Of a stretch of 64,000 nt of DNA, positions 27,618 to 37,307 are shown in pieces. Positions within the stretch are counted from its first letter, which is position 1; each line of letters opens with the position of its first letter. Position numbers and translations under genes: made by a program. The stretch is from Acidimicrobiia bacterium. Lineage in GTDB: Bacteria; Actinomycetota; Acidimicrobiia; Spongiisociales; Spongiisociaceae. The notes under the pieces were generated by a model, which saw nothing but the letters and a program-made list of their open reading frames with translations, did no database searches and was not told the DNA's origin. Location of the stretch: contig JAJEIM010000039.1 of NCBI GenBank assembly GCA_022827785.1, forward strand, positions 18,315-82,314, in the 5' to 3' direction.

Positions 27618-29543
27618 TTGAGTAGGACCACCCGCACCATTGTTCTGTACGGTCTCGTGGTGATGGCTCTGGTGCTGCTGGGCCAGCGGTTCCTGAACCC
27701 GGCCGCCGAATCGGGTGAGATCGACCTGAACGTTTTCGAGCAGCTGGTGGAGAACGGCTCCGTCGCCGAAGTCACCATCCTCCCGAGTTCCAATGCCGTA
27801 GAGGGCGCGCTGGCCCCGGGAGTCACCGTCCCGGACGTCCCGACCGAGTTCCGGGTTCTCTACACGCCGGACTACGAGGGGACGCTCACCGAGTTGCTCC
27901 TCGGCAACGATGTCAAGGTCATCATCGATCCCGAGCCGCCCGGGTTCTGGGCTCTGATCGTCGGGTTCCTTCCGTGGCTCCTGATCTTCGGTTTCATGAT
28001 CTTCGTGATCATGCAGATGCAGAGCGGTGGAAGCCGGATCATGCAGTTCGGCAAGGCGAAGGCCAAGCAGGTGACCAAGGACCAGCCCAAGGTCACTTTC
28101 GAGGATGTGGCCGGGCTCAAGGAGGCCATCGAAGAGTTGGGGGAGATCAAGGACTTCCTGGAGTCCCCGCAGAAGTTCCGGGCGATGGGCGCCAAGATTC
28201 CCAAGGGAGTACTCCTCTACGGGCCTCCAGGTACCGGCAAGACCCTCCTGGCCCGGGCGGTAGCCGGTGAGGCCGGCGTCCCGTTCTTCTCGATCTCCGG
28301 TTCGGACTTCGTAGAGATGTTCGTGGGTGTTGGCGCCAGCCGGGTCCGTGACCTTTTCGAGAAGGCCAAGTCGTCGGCGCCGGCCATCATCTTCATCGAC
28401 GAGATCGATGCGGTGGGACGGCACCGGGGCGCCGGTCTTGGTGGTGGCCACGACGAGCGGGAGCAGACGCTGAACCAGCTTCTCGTCGAGCTGGACGGTT
28501 TCGATGTGGCCAGCGGGGTGATCGTGATCGCCGCCACGAACCGGCCCGACATCCTCGACCCTGCCCTGCTCCGGCCGGGGCGTTTCGACCGCCAGGTCGT
28601 GGTTGATCGTCCCGATCTCAAGGGGCGGAGAGCCATCCTCGATGTCCACGCCAAGGGCAAGCCGGTCTCCGAGGACGTGGACATGGAGGCCATTGCCCGC
28701 CAGACCCCCGGGTTCACCGGCGCCGACCTCGCCAACCTGATCAACGAAGCCGCCCTGCTGGCAGCGCGTCGGGACAAGGAGCTGGTCGAGCCCAGCGAGC
28801 TCGAAGAGGCCATCGACCGGGTGATCGCGGGCCCCGAGCGCAAGAGCCGGGTGATGAGCGACCACGAGAAGAAGGTCACCGCCTACCACGAGGGGGGACA
28901 CGCCCTGGTCGGTTTCGCCCTGCCCAACGCCGACCCGATTCACAAGGTGACCATCATCCCCCGGGGCCGGGCGGGCGGCTACACGCTGGCGCTCCCGACT
29001 GAGGACCGGAACTACATGCGCCGGTCGGAGCTGACCGACCAGCTGGCCATGCTGATGGGGGGCCGGGCCGCCGAGGAACTGATCTTCGTCGACCCGACCA
29101 CCGGTGCGTCCAACGACATCGAAAAGGCCACCGAGCAGGCCCGGCGAATGGTCATGGAGTACGGGATGAGCGACGAACTCGGTCCCATGAAGTACGGGAA
29201 GAACCACGCCGAGGTATTCCTCGGGCGGGACTATTCGAGCCAGCAGGACTATTCCAACGATGTGGCGGCGGCGATCGATGACGAGGTTCGGGCACTGCTC
29301 GGCCAGGCCCATGAGGAGGCCAGGCGGATACTCACCACCCATTTGGAGGCACTGCACCGGCTGGCCGACCGGCTGATCGAGGTGGAGACCCTGGCCGCCG
29401 ACGAGATCACCGAGATCCTCGCCGATGTGCCGAAGTGGGAGGCCAGGCACGGCTCGGATCCCCGCATCCAGGCGCCGACCGGCAGTCCGGGGCTGGTGGA
29501 GGGGGTGGCGGCCGCCAGGGCCACCGATCCGATCTCTCGCTGA
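27618..29543 (+). CDS. ftsH: ATP-dependent zinc metalloprotease FtsH
   Basis: Two N-terminal TM helices, AAA+ Walker [19 protein letters not shown], Walker [33 protein letters not shown], and zinc site HEGGHALV. Confidence 0.96.
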   Translation: MSRTTRTIVLYGLVVMALVLLGQRFLNPAAESGEIDLNVFEQLVENGSVAEVTILPSSNAVEGALAPGVTVPDVPTEFRVLYTPDYEGTLTELLLGNDVKVIIDPEPPGFWALIVGFLPWLLIFGFMIFVIMQMQSGGSRIMQFGKAKAKQVTKDQPKVTFEDVAGLKEAIEELGEIKDFLESPQKFRAMGAKIPKGVLLYGPPGTGKTLLARAVAGEAGVPFFSISGSDFVEMFVGVGASRVRDLFEKAKSSAPAIIFIDEIDAVGRHRGAGLGGGHDEREQTLNQLLVELDGFDVASGVIVIAATNRPDILDPALLRPGRFDRQVVVDRPDLKGRRAILDVHAKGKPVSEDVDMEAIARQTPGFTGADLANLINEAALLAARRDKELVEPSELEEAIDRVIAGPERKSRVMSDHEKKVTAYHEGGHALVGFALPNADPIHKVTIIPRGRAGGYTLALPTEDRNYMRRSELTDQLAMLMGGRAAEELIFVDPTTGASNDIEKATEQARRMVMEYGMSDELGPMKYGKNHAEVFLGRDYSSQQDYSNDVAAAIDDEVRALLGQAHEEARRILTTHLEALHRLADRLIEVETLAADEITEILADVPKWEARHGSDPRIQAPTGSPGLVEGVAAARATDPISR

Positions 29544-29545
29544 TC

Positions 29546-30127
29546 ATGAGCGGCCGGGGCATCGACCAGGCTGCGATCCGCGCCGCCGTCCGACAGATAC
29601 TGGCGGCGATCGGCGAGGACCCCGACCGGGAGGGTCTCAGCGAGACCCCGCTGCGGGTGGCTCGCATGTACGCCGAGGTGTTCGACGGTATCCAGCGCGA
29701 TCCCAGGGAGGATCTTTACAGGGTATTCGTGGCCGACCAGCACGAGGAGATGGTGCTGGTGCGCGACATCCCGTTCTATTCGATGTGTGAGCACCATCTG
29801 CTCCCCTTCTACGGCACCGCCCACGTGGCCTACGTGCCGGACGGCCGGGTGACCGGGCTCTCCAAACTGGCGCGCCTGGTCGACGGTTTCGCCCGGCGGC
29901 CCCAGATGCAGGAGAGGCTCACCACCCAGGTGGCCGATGCCCTTGTGGAGGTGCTGTCGCCCCGGGGCGCATTGGTGGTCGTGGAGGCTCGACACCTATG
30001 CATGGAGATGCGAGGGGTGGAGAAGCCGGGTGCGGTCACCCAGACCTCGGCGGTCCGCGGACAGTTCCGGCGCAGCGCCGCCACCCGGGCCGAGGCGTTC
30101 TCGCTGATCAACCGGGGCCGCGTGTGA
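29546..30127 (+). CDS. folE: GTP cyclohydrolase I
   Basis: ATG at 29546 inside track ORF 29435..30127. [22 protein letters not shown] and RPQMQERLT motifs. Confidence 0.92.
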   Translation: MSGRGIDQAAIRAAVRQILAAIGEDPDREGLSETPLRVARMYAEVFDGIQRDPREDLYRVFVADQHEEMVLVRDIPFYSMCEHHLLPFYGTAHVAYVPDGRVTGLSKLARLVDGFARRPQMQERLTTQVADALVEVLSPRGALVVVEARHLCMEMRGVEKPGAVTQTSAVRGQFRRSAATRAEAFSLINRGRV

Positions 30128-30144
30128 GGCGACCGAGGTGGCAC

Positions 30145-30987
30145 GTGAGGGGTGCCGTCCTCGACCCGAACCGGGGCACCATCGTCATGGGGGTGGTCAA
30201 TACCACGCCCGACTCCTTCTCGGACGGCGGGCGTTGCCCGTCGGAGGACTCGGCGGTTGCCAGGGGTCTCAGGATGTGGCGCCAGGGCGCCCACATCGTG
30301 GACGTGGGGGGCGAATCCACCCGGCCGGGCGCAGCCGAGGTTTCCGAGCAGGAGGAGCTCGGGCGAGTCGTGGGCGTGGTGGCACGGTTGACGGCCGCAG
30401 GCGTGCTGGTGTCGATAGACACCTCAAAGCCGGGGGTGGCCGAGGCGGCCATCGAGGCCGGGGCGGCGGTGCTCAACGACGTCACGGCCCTGGAGGATCC
30501 CGGGATGGCACGCCTGTGCGCATCCGCCGGGGTGGGCGTGGTGCTCATGCACATGCGCGGCAATCCCCGCACCATGCAGACCGATCCCCATTACGCCGAC
30601 GTGGTCGCCGAGGTCGGCGAGTACCTGCGGGGGAGGATCGAGGCGGCAACGGCGGCGGGCATAGACCCGAGGGCGATAGCGGTCGATCCGGGAATCGGCT
30701 TCGGCAAGACCCTTCACCACAACCTGGCCCTGCTCAACGGCTTACCCGAGCTGGCGCAGCTGGGCCGGCCGGTCCTCGTAGGGGCGTCGAGAAAGGCCTT
30801 CCTCGGCGCGCTCACCGACCGGCCCGTGGAGGAGAGAGACGGTGTCACCGCGGTGGCGTCGGGCATCGGTGCCATCTTCGGCGCCTCGGTCATGAGGGTC
30901 CACGATGTGCCGTCCACGCGGGATGCGCTGGCGCTGGCTGACGCTATGGTGGCTGTTATGGATGAGGGTGATGCCGACCGGCAGTGA
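30145..30987 (+). CDS. folP: Dihydropteroate synthase
   Basis: IVMGVVNTTPDSFSDGG, DVGGESTRPGA and DPGIGFGKT motifs. The start (GTG at 30145) is chosen in-frame in track ORF 29998..30987 and is uncertain by a few codons. Confidence 0.9.
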   Translation: MRGAVLDPNRGTIVMGVVNTTPDSFSDGGRCPSEDSAVARGLRMWRQGAHIVDVGGESTRPGAAEVSEQEELGRVVGVVARLTAAGVLVSIDTSKPGVAEAAIEAGAAVLNDVTALEDPGMARLCASAGVGVVLMHMRGNPRTMQTDPHYADVVAEVGEYLRGRIEAATAAGIDPRAIAVDPGIGFGKTLHHNLALLNGLPELAQLGRPVLVGASRKAFLGALTDRPVEERDGVTAVASGIGAIFGASVMRVHDVPSTRDALALADAMVAVMDEGDADRQ

Positions 30988-31447
30988 GCCACGGGACTTC
31001 GCCTGGGTCATCCAGGATCGCCTCGCCACATCCTCTCGGGTGGGCGGTCAGGGTATCCAGCATCGGCGGGTACGGCGCGAGCAGGAGATTTCCTGGCTGG
31101 TAGAGGCTGGATTCAACACCGTGGTGTCGCTGCTCCCCGGCAACCAGAACGTTCGCAGCTACGAGAGGGCCGGCATAGAGGTCCATCTGGCGCCGGTTGA
31201 CAACGATCACGAGGAGGAGGCGGTCGCGCACGCCTTCGAGATCCTGGAAAAGGCCTTGGCCGACCCCGACTGCAAGGTCCTCGTCCACCGGGACTTCGTG
31301 GACGATACCGTGGGTGGCATCCTGGCCGGGTTCGTGGTCTTCGCCGGGCTGGTGGATGACCCGCGCGTGGCGGCGATGGTCATCCAGGAGATCATCGGAC
31401 GCCCCCTCGGTCCGGGCGGTCGGGCCCTCATACCGTCTCCGGCCTGA
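30971..31447 (+). CDS. Dual-specificity-phosphatase-fold protein with a degenerate active site
   Basis: The layout matches the Cys-phosphatase fold (WVIQDRLATSS; AGFNTVVSLL; YERAGIEVHLAPVDND). The HCxxGxxR(S/T) P-loop position reads VHRDFVDDTVGG, with no Cys and no Arg. Start is ATG 30962 or 30971. Confidence 0.55.
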   Translation: MPTGSEPRDFAWVIQDRLATSSRVGGQGIQHRRVRREQEISWLVEAGFNTVVSLLPGNQNVRSYERAGIEVHLAPVDNDHEEEAVAHAFEILEKALADPDCKVLVHRDFVDDTVGGILAGFVVFAGLVDDPRVAAMVIQEIIGRPLGPGGRALIPSPA

Positions 31448-31489
31448 CTTGCCGCTTTCCCGGTTCCACGCTTCCGGGTAGGCACTCTT

Positions 31490-31561
31490 ATGTTCGAACG
31501 CTTCACCGACCGGGCCCGCAGGGTGGTGGTTCTTGCCCAGGAGAATGCGCGGTCCGGATGA
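31490..31561 (+). pseudogene. 23-codon relic of a clpC N-terminus, now a coupled upstream ORF of folB
   Basis: ATG at 31490 encodes MFERFTDRARRVVVLAQENARSG-stop. The first 21 residues match the conserved ClpC/ClpC1 N-terminus (MFERFTDRARRVVVLAQEEAR...) except for one position. The TGA (31559-31561) overlaps the folB ATG (31558-31560). Confidence 0.7.
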
Positions 31562-31983
31562 GTGCCGTTCCCGGGGCCAGCGGACCTGCGGCGGCGGATC
31601 CTGTCGACTCGATAACGCTGCGGGGGCTGCGGGTACGCGCCCACCACGGGGTCATGGAGCAAGAACGCGCCGACGGCCAGACCTTCGTGGTGGACGTCAA
31701 GGCCCTTCTCGATCTGTCCGATGCCGGCACGACCGACGAACTCTCGTCCACGCTCGACTACGGGATCCTGGCGGAGGCGATCCACCGGCGGGTATCCGGC
31801 GAGCGATGGAACCTGATCGAACGGGTGGCGGAGCGGGTGGCCGATCTGGTCCTCGAGGACGGCCGGGTGGTTCGGGTGGAGGTCACGGTGCACAAGCCGG
31901 AGGCGCCGATCGGGGTGGAGTTCGAGGACGTCTCGGTGACCGTGATCCGGCCACTTCCCGTACCGGAGTCGTCGCCGGGGTGA
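31558..31983 (+). CDS. folB: Dihydroneopterin aldolase
   Basis: 141 aa with ITLRGLRVRAHHGVMEQERADGQTFVVDV...DYGILAEAI...VEVTVHKPEAPI, typical FolB. It has an N-terminal ~15-aa extension. Confidence 0.9.
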   Translation: MSAVPGASGPAAADPVDSITLRGLRVRAHHGVMEQERADGQTFVVDVKALLDLSDAGTTDELSSTLDYGILAEAIHRRVSGERWNLIERVAERVADLVLEDGRVVRVEVTVHKPEAPIGVEFEDVSVTVIRPLPVPESSPG

Positions 31984-32474
31984 GGGCGGCCATCTCCCTG
32001 GGGGCCAACCTGGGCGACCGGGCGGCCAACCTCGTCAGCGCTCTGGAACGCATCCGGGCGCTGGGGAGAGTGGAGGCGAGCTCCGGCGTGTACGAGACCG
32101 CGCCGCAGGGTGTGGTCGACCAGGAACCCTTCTACAACGCGGTGGTGCTGGTGGACACCCGGCTCGACCCGGTGGAACTGGTGGGCCGGCTCCTCGAGAT
32201 TGAGAAGGAGATGGGCAGGTTCAGAGGACCGCGCTGGGGCCCGCGGCTGATCGACCTCGACCTGATCCTGTATGGCGACCGCAGCATCCGTACCCCGTCG
32301 GTGGAGGTGCCCCATCCTCGCTACCGGCAGCGCCGGTTCGTTCTGGAACCCCTGGTCGAGGTGTGGCCCCATGCATGTGACCCGGACGGCACTCCCGTGG
32401 CCGACCTGCTCGGGGCGGTGTCCGGCCAGGCGGTGGCCCCGATCGACGTGCCCGGCTGGCCCGCCGGGCGTTAA
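31980..32474 (+). CDS. folK: 2-amino-4-hydroxy-6-hydroxymethyldihydropteridine diphosphokinase
   Basis: The GTG at 31980 overlaps the folB stop. AAISLGANLGDR, YETAPQG, PRLIDLDLILYGD and VPHPRYRQRRFVLEPL motifs. Confidence 0.9.
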   Translation: MRAAISLGANLGDRAANLVSALERIRALGRVEASSGVYETAPQGVVDQEPFYNAVVLVDTRLDPVELVGRLLEIEKEMGRFRGPRWGPRLIDLDLILYGDRSIRTPSVEVPHPRYRQRRFVLEPLVEVWPHACDPDGTPVADLLGAVSGQAVAPIDVPGWPAGR

Positions 32475-32512
32475 CCCCGGTTCTTTCCGGTTCGCTCCTA
32501 GACTGCCCGGTT

Positions 32513-32833
32513 GTGATCGGTTTCCTGAAGGCAATTCGCGGGTTGCTGATCCTGGTCGCCCTGCTGCTGGCGGTCATCCCCCTGGTGATGCTGGTCAGCC
32601 TGCTGACCGGCGGCACGGGATACGGCCTGTGCGCCGACGGTCTGGCCAGGTGCGACACCGCCTTTCTGACCGGACCGGCGGTAGCTGCCCGCATCTGCCT
32701 CGCGCTCCTCATGGTGGCCGCGGCCGTCCGGGTGATCTCCCGGATCGTCAGCCGGGTCGAGAAACACCGCCGCTGGGAGGACGTCCGGTCCCACTACTCG
32801 GACCTGGTCAACTGGACCGACCGCCTGCGCTGA
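32513..32833 (+). CDS. Small integral membrane protein (occupies the position of the DUF3180 protein after folK in other actinobacteria)
   Basis: 106 aa with 2-3 predicted TM helices (LLILVALLLAVIPLVMLVSLL; ICLALLMVAAAVRVI). Function unknown; the family assignment rests on synteny only. Confidence 0.5.
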   Translation: MIGFLKAIRGLLILVALLLAVIPLVMLVSLLTGGTGYGLCADGLARCDTAFLTGPAVAARICLALLMVAAAVRVISRIVSRVEKHRRWEDVRSHYSDLVNWTDRLR

Positions 32834-32843
32834 GGCGGGCATC

Positions 32844-33317
32844 CTATACCCCGGTCTCCTCCATGATCTCAGCGATGGTGTGGCTCACTAGATAGAGGCC
32901 CTTGGCGGTCACGCTCCTGGCGTCGTCGCCCGCGTCGAGCGATCCGCTGATCACCAGCCGGTTGCCCCTGCGCTCCTCCACCCGTGCCCGCAGATCGATC
33001 AGCCCGCTGACACCGACCGGGCGGCGGTAGCGCAGCTCCAGCTTTCCGGTCACCGACAGCACCTGCTCCTGGAGGATCCCGGCCCACACCAGGATCTCGT
33101 CCAGGGCGGTGGCGGCGATCCCGCCGTGGAGGTTGCCGACGGTGCCTTGGAGGTCGTGGCGGGCGTTGAAGGTCGCTACCACATCGTCTCCCCGGATGTC
33201 GAAGTCGTCGAGGTGGAGGCCTATCGGGTTGGCCCGCCCGCAGGCGAAGCACTCGTCTCCGGTATGTCGCCGGAGAGCGTCCACTATCCGGGCGACCGGC
33301 GGGACGGGTTCAGCCAA
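32844..33317 (-). CDS. PaaI-family hotdog-fold thioesterase
   Basis: 157 aa with CFACGRANPIGLHL and GNLHGGIAATALDEILVWAG, the typical PaaI/4HBT motif. Confidence 0.8.
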   Translation of the reverse strand: MAEPVPPVARIVDALRRHTGDECFACGRANPIGLHLDDFDIRGDDVVATFNARHDLQGTVGNLHGGIAATALDEILVWAGILQEQVLSVTGKLELRYRRPVGVSGLIDLRARVEERRGNRLVISGSLDAGDDARSVTAKGLYLVSHTIAEIMEETGV

Positions 33318-33870
33318 ACCGGATCACGCCGCCGTCGACCGACACCACCCGGGTAACCGACCAGACCGGCCAACCTCGTTCCTCGATCAGGCGGCGGGCG
33401 CCCACCCAGGCCTTCTCGATGGCGAACACGGCCCCCAGCATCTCGCAGCCGAGCTCCTCCACTATCTCGCCCAGCGCCAGCGCGGTCCGCCCCTGGGCGA
33501 GGAAGTCGTCGACGACCAGTGCCCTCATCCCGGGCTGGAGCACGTGGCGGCGGATCTCGATCGTGTACTCGAAACCCTTCGTGGCCGACCGGACCTCCTT
33601 GCTCACGGCCTCCCTCGGCCCCGGCAGGACGTACTTCTTGGCATAGACCATGGGGAGAGACAGTTCCGAGGCGGCGGTCAGGGCGGGAGGTATCCCGCTC
33701 GCCTCGGCGGTGACGATGACATCCGGCCGGAGCGGAGCGGCGATGGCGGCGATCCGGCGACCGAACTCAACCATGACGGTGGGATCGACCCGATGGTTCA
33801 GGAAGGTGTCGGCGCTGATGATTTCGCCGCTGACGCTTGACCGCTCAAGTATGTAGCGCTCGAGATCCAT
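33310..33870 (-). CDS. xpt: Xanthine phosphoribosyltransferase
   Basis: 186 aa with ISADTFLNHRVDP, IVTAEASGIPPA, and PRPP motif ALVVDDFLAQGRTA. Confidence 0.88.
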   Translation of the reverse strand: MDLERYILERSSVSGEIISADTFLNHRVDPTVMVEFGRRIAAIAAPLRPDVIVTAEASGIPPALTAASELSLPMVYAKKYVLPGPREAVSKEVRSATKGFEYTIEIRRHVLQPGMRALVVDDFLAQGRTALALGEIVEELGCEMLGAVFAIEKAWVGARRLIEERGWPVWSVTRVVSVDGGVIRFG

Positions 33871-33921
33871 GCGGCCTGCACAATAACCTGTCTCCGCCTG
33901 CCGACCGCCGTCGGGGTCGGT

Positions 33922-34608
33922 TCAGTCGGGCGGGAGCGACTTCGGTTCGAACGGGCACAGCCCGGAGAGTTCGCATTCCCAGCATCGGGGCTTGCGAGCG
34001 CTGCATGTGTCCCGGCCGAACTGGATGATCCGCATGGAGAGATGCTGCCACTCGTGCTTGGGCACGAGGGCCTTCAGGTCCTGTTCGATCCTGGTGGGGT
34101 CGTCCTCGATCGTGAGCGAGAGCCGGTTGGTGATCCTCCGGACGTGGGTGTCCACCGCGATGGCCGGCTGACCGAACGCCTCGGCCAGCACCACGGAAGC
34201 GGTCTTGCGCCCCACACCCTTCAACGTCACCAGCTCGACCATGTCGTCCGGAACGACTCCGCCGTACCGATCCACCAGGTTCTGGGCCAGGGCGATGATC
34301 GAGCGGGTCTTCTGCCGGTAGAAGCCGGTGGAGAAGATCACCTTCTCGACCTCCTCGGGGTCGGCGGCGGCCAGGTCATCGGGGGTCGGCCAGCGGGCGA
34401 ACAGCTCCGGGGTGGCCCGGTTCACGTTCTCATCGGTGGTCTGGGCGGATATGACCGTCGAGACCAGCAGTTCGAAGGGGTTGGTGTACTCGAGAGCCGT
34501 CCCGATCTCCGGATAGCGAGCGGCGAGCCGGTTGACGACACGCCGGGCGTAGCCCCGCTCTCTCGCTGACGGAACGGTTCCGTCCGCCCGTACCTCACCT
34601 CTGGCCAT
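33922..34608 (-). CDS. nth: Endonuclease III
   Basis: HhH-GPD (LVTLKGVGRKTASVVL), the catalytic region, and a C-terminal 4Fe-4S cluster loop C-x6-C-x2-C-x5-C (CSARKPRCWECELSGLC). Confidence 0.92.
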   Translation of the reverse strand: MARGEVRADGTVPSARERGYARRVVNRLAARYPEIGTALEYTNPFELLVSTVISAQTTDENVNRATPELFARWPTPDDLAAADPEEVEKVIFSTGFYRQKTRSIIALAQNLVDRYGGVVPDDMVELVTLKGVGRKTASVVLAEAFGQPAIAVDTHVRRITNRLSLTIEDDPTRIEQDLKALVPKHEWQHLSMRIIQFGRDTCSARKPRCWECELSGLCPFEPKSLPPD

Positions 34609-34682
34609 GATCGTTCCAGCTTATAGCTCCGGCTCCCCGGCATCGACGGCGGTCACGCGCCCATAAGCTTGCGGATCAGTTC

Positions 34683-35963
34683 ATGTTCCGGATAACCGAA
34701 GACGACCGCGCCATCGCCCGCCTCGCCATTCCGGCTCTGGGGGCGCTGGCCGCCGAGCCTCTGGTGGCGCTGGTGGACACCGCCTTCGTCGGACGCCTCG
34801 GTGAGGTGCCCCTGGCGGCCATGGGGGTGGTGACGGGCATTCTCGGCATGGCTTTCTTCGTCTTCATCGCCCTGGCCTATGCGGGAACGCCGCTCATCGC
34901 CCGGGCGATCGGGATCGGCGACGGCGACCGGGCGGCACAGCTGGCCGGCCAATCCCTGTTCGTGGCGGCCGTGCTGGGGGCGGCCGGACTGGTCCTGGTC
35001 GAGGGCGCCGCTCCACAGCTGGTCGGCCTGATGGGCGCCGGTCCGGATGTGGCACCCCACGCGGTTTCCTACCTGCGGATCCGTGGCCTCGGCTTGCCCG
35101 CTCTCCTGATGATCACCGTAGGGCACTCGGTGTACCGGGGGGTGGGCGACACCCGAACCCCCATGTTCATCAGCATCGGCCTCAGTCTTGTCAACCTGGT
35201 TCTCGATCCCGTGTTCATCTTCGGATTCGGATGGGGCCTGGCCGGCGCCGGGTTCGCATCGGTGATCGCCCAGACCCTGGGCGGCGGGGCCTTCTTTTTC
35301 TTCTTCCTGACCGGGCGTACGGGGCTGGTCCTGCGGTGGATCCGGCCCAGGTGGAAGGACCTGCGGGAATTGATCGGCGCCGGGACGGCTCTATTCGTTC
35401 GGACCTCGGCGATCGTGGCCGCACTCACGGTGGCTGTGGCGGTCGCCGCCCGCCTCGGCGACACCGAGGTGGCCGCCCACCAGGTGGCGGCGCAGGTCTA
35501 CATTTTCCTGAGCCTGGTCGTGGATGCGGTGGCGATCGCCGCCCAGAACCTGGTGGCCGGCCACCTCTCCACCGACCGGGCGGCCGCCAGCCGCTTCTCG
35601 CAACGGATGCTCCTCTGGGGGCTGTGCTGGGGAGTGCTCCTGGCGGCGGTGTTCTGGCTTATGCGTCACGACCTGCCCGGGTGGTTCACCACCGATCCGG
35701 CGGTGGCGGCGCTGGTAATCACCCTGATGCCGATCGTCGCCCTGAGCCAGCCCCTCAACGGCCTGGTCTTCGTGCTGGACGGCATCATGATCGGCGCCAC
35801 GGAGTTCACCTACATGGCCAAGGCGATGGTCTTCGCCGCGGCGGTCGGATGCTCGCTGATGTTGATGGCCGGATCGATCAGCGCCGTCTGGTGGGCGCTG
35901 GTCACCATGAACGTTCTCCGCCTGGCGACCCTGTACCGGCGTTACCGGTTGGTGGTCATGTGA
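34683..35963 (+). CDS. MATE family efflux transporter
   Basis: 426 aa with 12 TM helices. N-terminus IARLAIPALGALAAEPLVALVDTAFVGRLG is typical of MATE/DinF-like pumps. Confidence 0.85.
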   Translation: MFRITEDDRAIARLAIPALGALAAEPLVALVDTAFVGRLGEVPLAAMGVVTGILGMAFFVFIALAYAGTPLIARAIGIGDGDRAAQLAGQSLFVAAVLGAAGLVLVEGAAPQLVGLMGAGPDVAPHAVSYLRIRGLGLPALLMITVGHSVYRGVGDTRTPMFISIGLSLVNLVLDPVFIFGFGWGLAGAGFASVIAQTLGGGAFFFFFLTGRTGLVLRWIRPRWKDLRELIGAGTALFVRTSAIVAALTVAVAVAARLGDTEVAAHQVAAQVYIFLSLVVDAVAIAAQNLVAGHLSTDRAAASRFSQRMLLWGLCWGVLLAAVFWLMRHDLPGWFTTDPAVAALVITLMPIVALSQPLNGLVFVLDGIMIGATEFTYMAKAMVFAAAVGCSLMLMAGSISAVWWALVTMNVLRLATLYRRYRLVVM

Positions 35964-37171
35964 CCCATCTCGTCGCCGAGTGTTTCGGGAATGACTAGTT
36001 GGGCGAGCATCGCCACCACCACCCCCACGCCCAGGGCGGTCACGGTCAGCGGCAGGCTCCAGGCCTCGATCGTGGTTCCGGCGATGGTAAGCCCGAGAAT
36101 CGACCCGAGCACGGCCACCGTATGCAGCCATTGGGTGGCGGTGGCCCTGATGGCGGTGGGGAACAGCTCGGTTCGCTGGGCGGCGCTCACGGGGATGGCG
36201 GCCGAACTGCCGAAGGCTGACAGCGTGGCGGCCACGATGAGCAGATCCTCGCTCGACACCCAGTAGAAGCCGATCCCGCCAGCCAGTCCGATGACCAGCG
36301 AGAGGAGGATGGCCGGCTTGCGTCCCAGCGTGTCGCCCATGCGCCCACCGAGGAAGAAGCCGGTCCCTCCCAGCGTGCCGCCGATCAGCAGGATGCGAGC
36401 CGCCGCGGACGAGGTCAGACCGAGACCGTTGACGAGACGTTCGAGCGCGAACGTCACCGCCACGGCCGAGAAGGCGCTTACCGAGAGGCTGTAGATGCCG
36501 GCCAGCCAGAAACGTCCGGCAAAGCGACCGAACAGGGGGGCGAATACGCGGCCGCCACCGGCGTCGAAGCGGAACACCCTGCTCTCCTCGACCCTCCCCC
36601 TCAGCCACAGGTAGATGGGCAGGCCGGCCACCGATGCGGCGAACAGGAGGCGCCAGCCGGCCTCGCTCGTCTGGGCGATCGGCAGGGCGAGGAGTCCCGC
36701 TCCCGATCCGAGGGCTACGGCGGTGGAATAGAGGCTGATCGCCCAGGCCCGGTTGTTCCAGTTGACCTGCTCGGCCAGCAGGACCGTGGCCAGCATCGCC
36801 ATGGCTGCCGAACCCATGCGAGCGACCACCTGCAGGGCGGCGTACACGGTGGGGGAGAAGGCCGCCGCGGTGGCTCCGGTGGCCACCATGAGCATCAGGT
36901 ACGCCGTCAGGAAGGGACCTCGACGTCCCCAGCGGTCGCCGAACACGGCGTACACGACGGCAACCAGGGAACCGATGCGGGCGATGGCGAACAGGTAGCT
37001 CATGTCGGCCCTGGACAGTTCGAACGTGAGCCGGACGAAGGGGAGGGTGTTGACGGCCTGGGTCTGCACGTATCCCTGGAACAGGCCGGCCAGATACATC
37101 AGGCCCAGCAGCCGCCAGTCATCCCTGCGATAACCGGAGGCCGGCCCGAACATGCGAAGCAGCGATTTCAA
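35942..37171 (-). CDS. MFS transporter
   Basis: 409-aa polytopic membrane protein with an MFS loop motif (GDRWGRRGPFL). Convergent with the MATE gene, overlapping by 22 bp. Confidence 0.85.
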   Translation of the reverse strand: MKSLLRMFGPASGYRRDDWRLLGLMYLAGLFQGYVQTQAVNTLPFVRLTFELSRADMSYLFAIARIGSLVAVVYAVFGDRWGRRGPFLTAYLMLMVATGATAAAFSPTVYAALQVVARMGSAAMAMLATVLLAEQVNWNNRAWAISLYSTAVALGSGAGLLALPIAQTSEAGWRLLFAASVAGLPIYLWLRGRVEESRVFRFDAGGGRVFAPLFGRFAGRFWLAGIYSLSVSAFSAVAVTFALERLVNGLGLTSSAAARILLIGGTLGGTGFFLGGRMGDTLGRKPAILLSLVIGLAGGIGFYWVSSEDLLIVAATLSAFGSSAAIPVSAAQRTELFPTAIRATATQWLHTVAVLGSILGLTIAGTTIEAWSLPLTVTALGVGVVVAMLAQLVIPETLGDEMGHMTTNR

Positions 37172-37307
37172 GGTCTAGATCCGGTGGTTGGTCGGACGAT
37201 GGACGGATCGGAGTGATGGTCCGGGCCCGTAGCGGCGAGCCAACCCGGTGTCGCAGGGACCATCCCCACCAGGATACCCCGCACCCCCATCTTCATCGGT
37301 GTTCCGG

